From Terriglobia bacterium (GTDB taxonomy: Bacteria; Acidobacteriota; Terriglobia; 2-12-FULL-54-10), in NCBI GenBank assembly GCA_963666975.2, contig CAXVYR010000004.1, positions 512,001 through 576,000 on the forward strand: DNA of 64,000 nt. Direction: 5' to 3'. Below, piece after piece: positions 10,645-20,064 of the stretch. Each line of letters starts with the position of its first letter. Within the stretch, counting starts at the first letter, position 1. A model generated the notes under the pieces. That model saw nothing but the letters and a program-made list of their open reading frames with translations. It searched no databases and was not told the DNA's origin. Position numbers and translations under genes: made by a program.

Positions 10645-11997
10645 ATGCAACCCGCTACCCGGATGCCCGTTCCGGAAATTCCTGCCGCAATGTGTAACAT
10701 TTCGCAGGAACTCCAAAGAAAAATCCAGTCCCGGCAGGCTCGCGTGGGCATCGTGGGGCTGGGCTATGTAGGTTTGCCGCTGGCGGTTGAATTTGCCCGC
10801 AGCGGATTTCAAGTTACCGGAATTGACCTGGATACCCGCAAGGTGGAACAGATCCAGCAGGGCAAATCCTACATCGGGGATGTCGATTCGAAGGAAGTGG
10901 CACGGCTGGTGGATCAGAACCTGCTCTATGCCAGTGCCGATTACGCGGTGCTGGCGGAGCTGGACACGGTGAACATCTGCGTACCGACGCCTCTGCGGAA
11001 GACCAAGGACCCGGACCTCTCCTACATCCTGGCGGCTGTCGAGCAGATCCAGAAATATCTGCACCCGGGAGTGCTGGTGATCCTGGAGAGCACGACCTAT
11101 CCCGGAACGACCGAAGAGTTTGTCCTGCCCCGCTTGACGGAAACCGGCATGGAGGTCGGCCGGGACTTCTTTCTCTGCTTTTCTCCGGAGCGGGTGGACC
11201 CGGGCAACCCCCAATTCCATACCCAGAACATCCCCAAAGTGGTCGGCGGAGTAACCCCGACCTGCAGCGAAATAGGCGCCCTCTTTTACCGGCAGGCCGT
11301 CGAGCAGGTAGTCCAGGTTTCCACCACGCAGGTGGCTGAGATGGTGAAGCTGCTCGAGAATACCTTCCGGTCGATCAACATCGGCTTGGCCAACGAGATG
11401 GCTTTGCTGTGCAACAGCATGAAGATTGACGTCTGGGAGGTAATCGATGCGGCCGCCACAAAGCCTTTCGGCTTTATGCCCTTCTATCCTGGTCCCGGAT
11501 TGGGAGGCCACTGCATTCCAGTGGACCCCTTCTATCTTTCCTGGAAAGCAAAGATGAACGGCACGGAGGCGCGCTTTATCGAGTTGGCAGGGCAAATCAA
11601 CGGAGCTATGCCGCAGTTTGTCGTGAATAAGGTTCAAGCGGCGCTGAATGACCGGGAGAAGAGCGTCAAAAATTCCCGGATTCACGTTTTAGGCGTTGCC
11701 TACAAAAAGGACATCGGCGACGTGCGGGAGGCGCCCGCGCTCGACGTCCTGGCGTTGCTGCACAAACAGGGCGCTCGCCTCTCCTACAGCGATCCTATGG
11801 TACCCAGCCTCCGCCTCGACGGACTGGAACTGGAATCGCAGCCTGTGCCTGCAAGCTGCAAGGAAGCCGACTGCGTGGTTCTGATAACGAATCACGCCGA
11901 GTTTGACTACGCGGCCATTGCCAGCGACTCCAGCCTGATCTTGGACACGCGGAACGCCTTCCGGTCTTACAGAATGGATAAGATTGTCCGTCTCTGA
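10645..11997 (+). CDS. Nucleotide-sugar (UDP-GlcNAc/UDP-Glc) 6-dehydrogenase
   Basis: GLGYVGLP, ICVPTP, ESTTYPGTT, GPGLGGHCIPVDP; RBS GGAGA before ATG 10645. Confidence 0.92.
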   Translation: MQPATRMPVPEIPAAMCNISQELQRKIQSRQARVGIVGLGYVGLPLAVEFARSGFQVTGIDLDTRKVEQIQQGKSYIGDVDSKEVARLVDQNLLYASADYAVLAELDTVNICVPTPLRKTKDPDLSYILAAVEQIQKYLHPGVLVILESTTYPGTTEEFVLPRLTETGMEVGRDFFLCFSPERVDPGNPQFHTQNIPKVVGGVTPTCSEIGALFYRQAVEQVVQVSTTQVAEMVKLLENTFRSINIGLANEMALLCNSMKIDVWEVIDAAATKPFGFMPFYPGPGLGGHCIPVDPFYLSWKAKMNGTEARFIELAGQINGAMPQFVVNKVQAALNDREKSVKNSRIHVLGVAYKKDIGDVREAPALDVLALLHKQGARLSYSDPMVPSLRLDGLELESQPVPASCKEADCVVLITNHAEFDYAAIASDSSLILDTRNAFRSYRMDKIVRL

Positions 11998-12129
11998 ACG
12001 CGTTTAGCGGCTCACCTGAAACGTCTGTTTTGGCGGTCTCCGTCTACCGAGCATGCTCTCCCCCTGGTGGGGGGAGACGACTGGATGCTGTGCCGGCCCC
12101 CACCCGGCGCGCAAAATGCCACCCGGTAA

Positions 12130-12156
12130 CGACGCGCCTGAAGGCGTGCCCTGACG
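12130..12156 (+). repeat. REP-like palindrome
   Basis: CGACGCGCCTGAAGGCGTGCCCTGACG; related copies at 51761-51787 (-) and 52020-52046 (+). Confidence 0.6.
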
Positions 12157-12215
12157 GAGAACATCGTCACTAATATTCTGTGATCTTCAATAAAATCGCC
12201 CAATAGGGCCAGAGC

Positions 12216-13586
12216 TTACCGGGAACGAATATTCAACACCTTCAGCCGGTACAGAAGCGCCTTATAGCTGATATTGAGAAGCTTGGATGCCTCCTTGCGA
12301 TTCCAGCTGGTTTTATTCAACGCCCGGTGTATAGCCTCGGCCTCGGCCTTCCTCTTCAAGTCGTTGACTTTTTCCGTAAAGGAGCTCTCCGAATCGGACA
12401 ATTGCCCTGCCATGGCCCAGCTCATCTTCTTCTGAAACCGGCTCTGGGTGGCATTTTCCAGCTCTACGGCCACTAAATCGCACCCATCGAGAACCAGATA
12501 GCGGCGGATCAGGTTCTCCAGTTCACGGATGTTTCCTGGCCAATCATACTGGCACATGGCGGACAGCAGCCGCGGAGAAGGCATCATATCCGGACGGCCG
12601 TATTTGGCGCCGTACTTCTCGACGAAGTAGGAGGTCAATGCCGACAGTTCGTCCATGCGCTCCCGCAGCGGCAGCACGCGGATGTTCACCACATTGAGAC
12701 GGTAGTACAGGTCCTCCCGGAAAGAACCCGACGCCAGGACCTCTCCCAGATTGGCGTTGGTCGCCGCCAGCACGCGCACGTTCACGCTCACCGTCGATTT
12801 GCCGCCCAAGCGGCTGTACTGGCTGTCTTGCAGGACCTGGAGCAACTTTGCTTGCAGGGCCGGCGACATCTCCGAGATTTCATCCAGAAAGATGGTCCCT
12901 TTGTCGGCCATCTCGAATTTTCCGGGCTTGGAAGTGAAGGCCCCTCGCTCATAGCCGAACATCTCGCTCTCCAGCAAATCCGCAGGCAGAGCCGCGCAGT
13001 TGATTTTCACGAACGGCTTGCCTCGGCGGTCCGAGGACTCATGGATGGACTGTGCGACCACCTCTTTCCCCACTCCGCTCTCCCCGTGGATGAGGACCGG
13101 CACGTCCGTGTGCGCGATCTGAGAAATGGTCTGCTGAATCTTCAGCATCTGCGGATTCAGCGCGATAAACTGCGGCTGATTCTGCAAAATTTTTGGGGCG
13201 GCGTGTGGAGCATCGTTGGCCACCAAACGGCTTACATAACTTTGGAGCTTGCCCTCCTCGAACGGTTTCACCAGGTAGTCGGAGGCTCCGCTTTGCATGG
13301 CTTCCACGACCACTTCCGGCGAGTTGAGACAACTGAGAACCAGCACCGGCAGCTTCTCGTGCGACTGCCGCAGCCGGCGCAGAGTTTCCATACCGCCGAG
13401 GCCCGGCATCAGCAGGTCCAGTATCACCAGAGCGGGAGCAGGTTTTTCTCCCAGCCTGCGGAGCACCTTTTCACCGTTGTCAACCGTCTCCACGCCATGA
13501 CCTTCCAGCTTCAGAGAAATGTCGATCAGGTGTCGAATTTCCGCGTCATCATCTGCTACAAGTATTTGTGTGTTCATCGCGTTCAT
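12216..13586 (-). CDS. Sigma54-dependent response regulator (REC-AAA+-Fis)
   Basis: ILVADDD, LDLLMP, KPF; GESGVGKE, FLDEI, Fis HTH; start re-placed at MNAMNTQ. Confidence 0.9.
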   Translation of the reverse strand: MNAMNTQILVADDDAEIRHLIDISLKLEGHGVETVDNGEKVLRRLGEKPAPALVILDLLMPGLGGMETLRRLRQSHEKLPVLVLSCLNSPEVVVEAMQSGASDYLVKPFEEGKLQSYVSRLVANDAPHAAPKILQNQPQFIALNPQMLKIQQTISQIAHTDVPVLIHGESGVGKEVVAQSIHESSDRRGKPFVKINCAALPADLLESEMFGYERGAFTSKPGKFEMADKGTIFLDEISEMSPALQAKLLQVLQDSQYSRLGGKSTVSVNVRVLAATNANLGEVLASGSFREDLYYRLNVVNIRVLPLRERMDELSALTSYFVEKYGAKYGRPDMMPSPRLLSAMCQYDWPGNIRELENLIRRYLVLDGCDLVAVELENATQSRFQKKMSWAMAGQLSDSESSFTEKVNDLKRKAEAEAIHRALNKTSWNRKEASKLLNISYKALLYRLKVLNIRSR

Positions 13587-13603
13587 GAAATTTTGTCCTG
13601 TCT

Positions 13604-14863
13604 TTAGAGGGAAGTAGGAATTAAAACCGAAAATGCGCTGCCTTGGCCCTGCCTGTTTTCCGCCCAGACCTTTCCTTCGTGCGCCATCACAACCTTGCGG
13701 GCTACGGCGAGACCTAAACCAAAACCTTTGGGGGAACCGTTTCCGTTTACAACCCGGGAATATTCTTGAAAGATATCTTGCAAACACTCCGGTGGAATGC
13801 CTCTTCCGGTGTCCTCCACCGATATCCGGACGCTGTTGAAGCCGGCCGGAGACACCACGACCCGGCGATCCTGCTGGGCAAAGACCAGCTCCCGCACCGT
13901 CCTCCGCTCCCAAAAATAGGGCAAACTGCGGATATGGATTTCCCCCCCGGCGGGAGTAAATTTGACGGCGTTATCCAGCAAGTTGACGAATACCTGATGC
14001 ATCTGGTCCGCGTTAAAACGAAACTTGGGAATTTCCGCCGCGTTGTCAAACCGCAGTTCCAGGTTCTTTTCTTCAATTACCTGGCTTAACTCCGCCACTG
14101 CCTGCGCCAGACACTCCTGAATATTCCCCATTTCCATCTGGAGATGGGTCCGGCTGTTGTTCAAGGTGCTCAAATCCATCAGAGAGTTGGAGAGCCCTTG
14201 CAGCCGCCGGCATGTATCGAGAGACCGGCTCAGCAGGTGCGCTTGCAAGTCGTTCACGGCGCCAGCCTTGTTGTGCGCCAGCAGTTCCAGATAACCCCGC
14301 AGCGCAGTCAGCGGGGTGCGCAATTCGTGGGAAGTGCGCGCCAGAAAGTCCGTTTTCCCCTGATCGAGTTCCTGCATCTTCAGATGCGTGACAAATAAAT
14401 CCTTCAAAATCTCCTCTTGCTGAGGAGCGTGGGCGCGGCGCTTCTTTTGCTGCTTCTCATGCTTCTTCCCCTGTTGCTTCTCCAGCCGGAACAGCTTGCT
14501 GTTGAGCCGGATTCGCTCCAGGGCCTGCTGCCAGATCACTTGAAACAGCATCCAGTTCACAGGCTTGAGGATGTAGCTGTAGATTGCCGGTCCCCAGAAT
14601 TCTATGGCCGAGTCCAGGTTCTCTCTCTCCGTCAAAACAATCTTTAAACCTTCCAGGTTGTTCTTCTGGATGGCCTCTGCCAGATGAACATTGCCCTTGA
14701 TGCTGCGGTCCAGAACGATCACATCCCACCGGCGGGCTGTGAAGTCCGTACCGTTCTCCGCTTGGGAAGAATGAAAATGCACTTTCTGGGTGGAGCTGGT
14801 TTCGGTGTGCTTCCGCAGCAAACCCTCAACTTTCGGTTCCAGCCCTAATAATAAGACTTCCAT
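13604..14863 (-). CDS. Sensor histidine kinase
   Basis: SHELRTPL, NLLDNAVKF, DTGRGIP, GFGLGL. Confidence 0.9.
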   Translation of the reverse strand: MEVLLLGLEPKVEGLLRKHTETSSTQKVHFHSSQAENGTDFTARRWDVIVLDRSIKGNVHLAEAIQKNNLEGLKIVLTERENLDSAIEFWGPAIYSYILKPVNWMLFQVIWQQALERIRLNSKLFRLEKQQGKKHEKQQKKRRAHAPQQEEILKDLFVTHLKMQELDQGKTDFLARTSHELRTPLTALRGYLELLAHNKAGAVNDLQAHLLSRSLDTCRRLQGLSNSLMDLSTLNNSRTHLQMEMGNIQECLAQAVAELSQVIEEKNLELRFDNAAEIPKFRFNADQMHQVFVNLLDNAVKFTPAGGEIHIRSLPYFWERRTVRELVFAQQDRRVVVSPAGFNSVRISVEDTGRGIPPECLQDIFQEYSRVVNGNGSPKGFGLGLAVARKVVMAHEGKVWAENRQGQGSAFSVLIPTSL

Positions 14864-15123
14864 GGGTTATAACAGATCCGCGTGGGGACCGTTCAGGGGG
14901 GGAGAAAGGTCAAACTCAAAAAGTACTGTGCTACCTTAATGGTTTAAAAGTGGAAGGGCAATAGACAAAAAGTCCCAATTTTTGGTCAGGATGGGGACTG
15001 GTACTGACTCGCCGGGAAACTCGCGGGCCAAACTTGGGGCGTAAAGCCAAAAACTTTTCCATTTCTACCCTGAGCCCGGTGCCAGCAGCGCTCTAAACCC
15101 TTCTCCTGCTCATGAAGTGTCGT

Positions 15124-15140
15124 TTGGCAACTGGAATGCA
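15124..15140 (+). promoter_or_regulatory. Possible sigma54 promoter
   Basis: TTGGCAACTGGAATGCA, GG-N10-GC. Confidence 0.45.
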
Positions 15141-15200
15141 ACTGCCCTGATTGCCTTCGGCTGAGGAAGTCGGAAGTAGTTTTTTCCCCCGTATGTTTGG

Positions 15201-15431
15201 GTGAGAATCTGGATCATCAAAGTGATCATCAAAGTGAAGAAACCGTGCTTTGCCCGGTCATATGTTTGCAAGCAGTTTGGCGACGGATCGCAATCCGAGT
15301 CCGTGGCAATCTTTCTGACCCAGTACCGGGCACGAAAATTTGTCCTCCAGCGGCTTTCCGAGCAGCCGAAATCGCGGAGATTCCAGTGGGTAATCCGGAC
15401 TCTGCCAGCAGAAAGCTTGCATTCGCGATAG
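15201..15431 (+). CDS. Small hypothetical protein
   Basis: 76-aa ORF downstream of a sigma54-like site; no recognised motif. Confidence 0.3.
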   Translation: MRIWIIKVIIKVKKPCFARSYVCKQFGDGSQSESVAIFLTQYRARKFVLQRLSEQPKSRRFQWVIRTLPAESLHSR

Positions 15432-15682
15432 AGATTCGAAGCTGTTCGTTTGACACAATAGCGGCTTTGGAACGGTCGCTGAGGCAGCCCGGAGACCAGC
15501 GAATGCAGGAATCTCCGGAAAACTGAAGTCCTCTAATTCCTCCCTTAAAAGAAAAGCTTTTCTCTTCTGTGCTACTGCCTGTATCGAGAGGATTAAACCT
15601 GACAAGCAGGGGAATGCAGCTATCGCGTTCATTTACAATTGGTTATGGAGAAATTGCAACAACATACAGAAAGCATCCCAGA

Positions 15683-15698
15683 TGGCATGCTAACTGCA
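15683..15698 (+). promoter_or_regulatory. Sigma54 promoter, probably for the PEP-CTERM gene
   Basis: TGGCATGCTAACTGCA followed by RBS GGAGG (15715-15719) and ATG 15725. Confidence 0.6.
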
Positions 15699-15789
15699 AC
15701 AGAGAGATTGTAACGGAGGAATCGATGCAAAGCCCAGAGATCGTGATAACCCATGCGGATTTAGAATCAGTGCAAAATGTACTTCTCGA

Positions 15790-16640
15790 TTTGTGTTGCC
15801 AGGCAGCGGTGGAGGCTGGGAGGAACGTCGGCTCGATTGATCAGGCTTCGCGCAAGCTGGCGGTTGCCGGATGATCGCACTCGATCATCCCAGCCTTTTT
15901 TATGCGCACGCTGCCTTCCTCGGCTTGGGGCAACAGGCGGCGCGCATCAGCGACCGCACCTGATCGCCAGCATTTTGTCTTTGGTGCTCAGCCACGTTGC
16001 GCAGCTTATGAGTACGGCAACTGCCTGATTGCTGCCGAATACGATCCCCGCGCGGAGCGCTTTGGCGCCGTGATCACAAACAGCGCTGATCCGTGCGCAA
16101 ACCTTGCTGGCGCAGGCGGGTGAGAAGGTCTTTCAGCAGCGGCGTTTTCGGTCGCGCCCAGTTGAACGCACATGCTTGCGGCCCTCGATGTCCACGCCCA
16201 CGGCGCTGATGACTGGGAGCCGAACCGCTTCCGTCCAGGTAAATATTCGACCTCCTCCCAGCGCCGCGCCAACAGTTCTTCCAGCCGCCGCGCTCCTTGC
16301 TCGGCCGCTTCCCGGCTCACCTGAGACTTGCTGTGGCCATCTCCGGGATCACCTCGCGGTAGTTCGTGAAACCCCTTTCAACAGTTCGATCTCCTCCCCG
16401 TCTTTTGGCTTCGTGATCCCCTTTCCGGCGAGTCCACCCGCAGCTGGCGATCGGCCAGTTTCACCCTCCCCAGCCGGATGCCAGTCCGCTCGCCTTCCCG
16501 GGAGCGTGCTCTGGCTCATGCCAGAATCGTTGCCCGGCCGGCGACGCGCCTCCTGATCAGATCCACCACCGGCAACGCAGTCCGTTGGTTTGGCACTTCT
16601 GGATGGTTTCTTCGGCTCCCTTGGAACCCAGTTCCAAAAC
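15790..16640 (-). pseudogene. IS256-family transposase remnant with many small deletions
   Basis: Across frames: VISAVGVDIEGRKHV, QLGATENAAA, LFVI..GAKALRAGI, CRTHKLRNV, PPSLHRCLAT; boundaries approximate. Confidence 0.75.
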
Positions 16641-16739
16641 ATTTTCCCTTCATTCGGCGGTTCTCCCGATTTAGGCTTGGCCCGATTCTACGATTCGGGC
16701 CGAACCGCCGTTCACCTTCAACTATGTATGGGACACCCT

Positions 16740-17486
16740 CTGCGATTTAGAATAGTGAATGTACTTCTATTTGTGTTCCTATTTGCAGCTACTGGTTCGG
16801 CAGACCCGAGCACACTCCACATCGGCTCTGGGTTCGGGACGCCATGTGCGACTGGAGGCTGCCCAATCTTTGGGACGGAGATAAACGCAGTTGGCCCAGA
16901 CCTCCTTTCTATTCATCAGACATCTGGTGCTCCTAATCTGATTGACCCCGTCTGGCTGATTTTGGGAGTCGCCGACGACCCCAGCGGAAGTGTCCTAGGT
17001 GGGTCCAACGTTGGGCCGGCGACGCTATTCCACGACGCAGTCCCACCGATACCATTACCGATTGACTTCGAAGCATTCCCGAGTTTCGGGTCAGGATTCG
17101 CGGGTCTCATGGTCGCGGGACAGGAAATATATACTTTTCTCGGAGCGGGCATGACCTTAAACAACTCCAATAGCTTCACGAACTGGAGTGCCGCTGTTTC
17201 TGCGCTCTTCGGATTTACCCCTGTAAATTTTGGAATTTACACATACAAACTTGAGCCAGGCCTTTTTGGCGGTTTTGACGGAAAAGATTTCATCGATGTC
17301 GCCCTGAGCGGAATTCCGGAAGGCACTTTCGCGGTTGCCTATGGACAAGATGCCAACGGGAAAGGGTATGGCACTCCTTTCACCGAGTCCGGCGTTACTG
17401 TTCCGGAACCTTCATCCTTCCTTCTACTTGGCACCGGGCTGCTGGGGATCGGAATGATATACCGGAAGAAGCAGAAGAAAGCTTAA
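16740..17486 (+). CDS. PEP-CTERM sorting-domain surface protein (5' end disturbed)
   Basis: Signal peptide RFRIVNVLLFVFLFAATGSA; C-terminal VPEPSSFLLLGTGLLGIGMIYRKKQKKA. True start uncertain. Confidence 0.85.
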   Translation: MRFRIVNVLLFVFLFAATGSADPSTLHIGSGFGTPCATGGCPIFGTEINAVGPDLLSIHQTSGAPNLIDPVWLILGVADDPSGSVLGGSNVGPATLFHDAVPPIPLPIDFEAFPSFGSGFAGLMVAGQEIYTFLGAGMTLNNSNSFTNWSAAVSALFGFTPVNFGIYTYKLEPGLFGGFDGKDFIDVALSGIPEGTFAVAYGQDANGKGYGTPFTESGVTVPEPSSFLLLGTGLLGIGMIYRKKQKKA

Positions 17487-17517
17487 AACCAGCAAGAACC
17501 TCCTCCCTTTCAGATTC

Positions 17518-17551
17518 AAAAGGCCAGCGACGCGCATCGCTGGCCTTTTTT
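17518..17551 (+). terminator. Intrinsic terminator
   Basis: AAAAGGCCAGCGA-loop-TCGCTGGCCTTTTTT. Confidence 0.85.
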
Positions 17552-17639
17552 GATTCGCTCCAGACATTGCGCCCGCCAGGCGAAACACGGCCTCTGCAGG
17601 CCAGAAGATGGCTGCTGGCACTCCGTCATCCTTCACTAG

Positions 17640-17713
17640 CAGGTTGTTGAAAAACACCATTTACCCACTCCCTCACCCCTCGGCTTCGCTCGGGGCAGGC
17701 TCTCGCGGCTCGG
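17640..17713. repeat. One-ended MITE/REP composite
   Basis: CAGGTTGTTGAAAAACACCATTTACCC.CTCCCTCAC shared with 19262 and 23571; carries the hairpin unit at 17677-17699. Confidence 0.75.
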
Positions 17714-17918
17714 AGGGATTCACCAACAACGCAGTTCACACCAACTCTGATAATGGTCCAATTGAAGAAGCTTTTTCTATGAACTGCGCAGGTTAAAAAG
17801 AATATCCGGACGGAAGGCGTGTCATTTTTCGGAGAGGAATGTATTGAAATGATCTGGCGATTACCGGCTAGGAAATGAACTCTCGTTGCCAGGAGCCTGA
17901 TGCTCAGAGGGGTAGCCC

Positions 17919-18356
17919 TTACCGCACTTTACCGCTCTTGGCGCCCTTATCTTTTTCCATTTGGAGGAATTCAAAGTGTTCGATGGTGGCTCCCACCCCG
18001 ACGGTGTCAGACCCTGGGCGGTCGACGCGGGCGATTTTGCCGCGGCACCGAATCACCACAGGCCGCCCTCCGAAGGCCTTGACCGGCAGTTGTAGGATAC
18101 ATTCAATCTCGGTTCCGAGCTTCCAATCTGCCGATGCCTCGAAGTAAATGCCCCCGGTGCTCACATCCTTGGTCTCGGCCGGAATCGCTGCTTCCGCCGG
18201 TTCCTTCGGGCTCCGCGAGCGCTTGACCGCGCAGGGAAACCTCACCAAATACCGGTGGGATTTTCTTTGCTCGCTCTTTGTTTGCAAATTGTTTCTCGAT
18301 CCGTGATGCTTGCTCAACGTATCTGTTTCTTGATACTGTATCCTCAAATTGTACAA
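17919..18356 (-). CDS. PilZ-domain protein
   Basis: EQRKSHRY (RxxxR) and DVSTGG (DxSxxG). Confidence 0.8.
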   Translation of the reverse strand: MYNLRIQYQETDTLSKHHGSRNNLQTKSEQRKSHRYLVRFPCAVKRSRSPKEPAEAAIPAETKDVSTGGIYFEASADWKLGTEIECILQLPVKAFGGRPVVIRCRGKIARVDRPGSDTVGVGATIEHFEFLQMEKDKGAKSGKVR

Positions 18357-18764
18357 CGCCTGTGCTCAGGGACTTTTTACTCAGCTTCAACCCGAACAGA
18401 CGCTCCTGGCGGTTCCCCCTATCCTAAAGCTCCTCATCCTCATTTTAGGCAGTTTGGTGGCCAAGCCAGCACCCTTGCGAGCATTTTCTCCCACATCCTC
18501 AACTGTTCGGTTTTCTTGCTAGTTTTCAACCTATTGCGGGGTTTTAGCGAGGAAGAACCCGGTCGCGTGGCCGACAATTGCCGGCGGCACGGAGAAACCA
18601 GGTGCCACAACGGGGTATAAAAAAGGAAAACCTTTGCCGCTATTGCTTGGCACTGGAAAGGAAACAAAGTTGTCCTGTATGTTATAGGGCTGGCTGGACT
18701 TTCCCGGCAAGACGTCTCTTTCCCATCAATTCCAAAATGTCGCTGCCCGTGGCCCCTCGCCCCT

Positions 18765-19220
18765 CTACCACGAACTGTAGCTGCTTCCATCCAGGGCCGC
18801 TTGATTGGAACCGCTGTGAATATCCACTATACCGGGCGCTGTCTGCGCCGGATTCATGAGGACGTCGTCTTCGTATACCGTCACCCAAGTATCGTTGGCC
18901 CTCGTAAACGGGTCCACTGGAATATCCCTTAAATATCCGCCTGTGACCAGGTCCTCCAACGCTTGTGGCGCTTCCTCTTTGTCGAGCGTGTACTGATCGA
19001 TGAGGGAGCGCATGGTGAACAGGTGATCGTGCAATACGGCTTCTCTGGCGCTGATAATGGAGTTTCTGTACATCGGCACCGCTATGGAGAGCAGCGTCAG
19101 CAGGATCGTGATGACGATCATCAACTCAATCAAGGTGAAGCCTGCCCACGGCGGGCAGCGCCCCGGCCGCTCCGCGCCTCGAATTGGCGTGTCGATTAGC
19201 AATGTGTCCGGTAACAACAT
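18765..19220 (-). CDS. Type II secretion pseudopilin (GspG-like)
   Basis: AGFTLIELMIVITI prepilin motif, IPVDPFT; start moved to 19220 because the longer ORF runs into a MITE. Confidence 0.85.
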   Translation of the reverse strand: MLLPDTLLIDTPIRGAERPGRCPPWAGFTLIELMIVITILLTLLSIAVPMYRNSIISAREAVLHDHLFTMRSLIDQYTLDKEEAPQALEDLVTGGYLRDIPVDPFTRANDTWVTVYEDDVLMNPAQTAPGIVDIHSGSNQAALDGSSYSSW

Positions 19221-19262
19221 GTCTGGCTCCGGCGGTCCTTGCTCAATTCTTGTTCCTCTAAC

Positions 19263-19507
19263 AGGTTGTTGAAAAACACCATTTACCCGCTCCCTCACGG
19301 GGTCCCCAACGCGCCGCTTTCAGCGCGACGGGGTGTCTCACGGTCGCGGCTCGGAATCGGCGTGCTGCTTTTGGCTGCACTGACCGAGCCGCGCGCGCCT
19401 GTCCCGCCTGCCCTGCCTGCCCTGAGCGAAGTCGAAGGGAGCATAGTCGAAGGGAACGAAGCCGAGGGATTAGCAAGCGGACCCATACACCAGTTTTTCA
19501 ACAACCT
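19263..19507. mobile_element. MITE (245 bp) containing nested palindromic units
   Basis: Perfect 15-bp TIR AGGTTGTTGAAAAAC at 19263-19277 and 19493-19507; non-coding. Confidence 0.8.
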
Positions 19508-19564
19508 CCCAATAAGCAATTCGGATTATCAAAGCGGAAAATTTCACCGCGGGCGCCACGCCGC

Positions 19565-20050
19565 TCACCATTCCGAATACCGGGTCCCATCCAGGGCCGT
19601 CCCCTGGCTTCTTGTGTAGATGTCAAAGACGTTCTCCCCGCCGAACGAGGTCGAGTCGGGATCGTCCTGGTAGGACCGCAGACCCCACTCGGTAGAATCC
19701 GTCATCGGGTCCCGGGGAATGCGCCGCAGGAGCTTCAATTTTTTGTCGGGAGAGTTCGATATCTCCACGCCGTCCGCGAGTGTTTCCAAATCCGGCGGAT
19801 AGCCTTCCGATTCCAGCTCCACTTGGAGGAGCCCCCGATCTGACGCTTCTTTATAGCGGTCAATGGCGGTGCGGATCTCCCGCAGGCTGCGGCGCAGTTC
19901 CCTTTCTTGCGCACGCTTCAGTTGGACGCGGGCCAGAGGCAAGGCAATTGTGGAAAGAATCAGCAGGAGAGTAAACGATACAATCAGTTCAACCAGCGTA
20001 AGTCCCCGCTGCGAAGCCTTCCTCTTTTTGTAGGCGCCGTAATCAGCCAT
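19565..20050 (-). CDS. Type II secretion pseudopilin
   Basis: RGLTLVELIV prepilin motif; LRRIPRDPMT. Confidence 0.85.
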   Translation of the reverse strand: MADYGAYKKRKASQRGLTLVELIVSFTLLLILSTIALPLARVQLKRAQERELRRSLREIRTAIDRYKEASDRGLLQVELESEGYPPDLETLADGVEISNSPDKKLKLLRRIPRDPMTDSTEWGLRSYQDDPDSTSFGGENVFDIYTRSQGTALDGTRYSEW

Positions 20051-20064
20051 AAGAAGAAAGATGA

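Noticed and set aside
13587-13913. N-terminal extension of the 565-aa regulator ORF (similar over-long starts for smpB, proS, the sugar dehydrogenase and a pseudopilin)
   Set aside because: Overlaps neighbouring genes or repeats; downstream starts fit family N-termini and RBSs better.
15793-16579. TGTGTTGCC / GGCAACGCA as IS21-like inverted ends
   Set aside because: Short match lying within IS256 coding remnants; likely chance.
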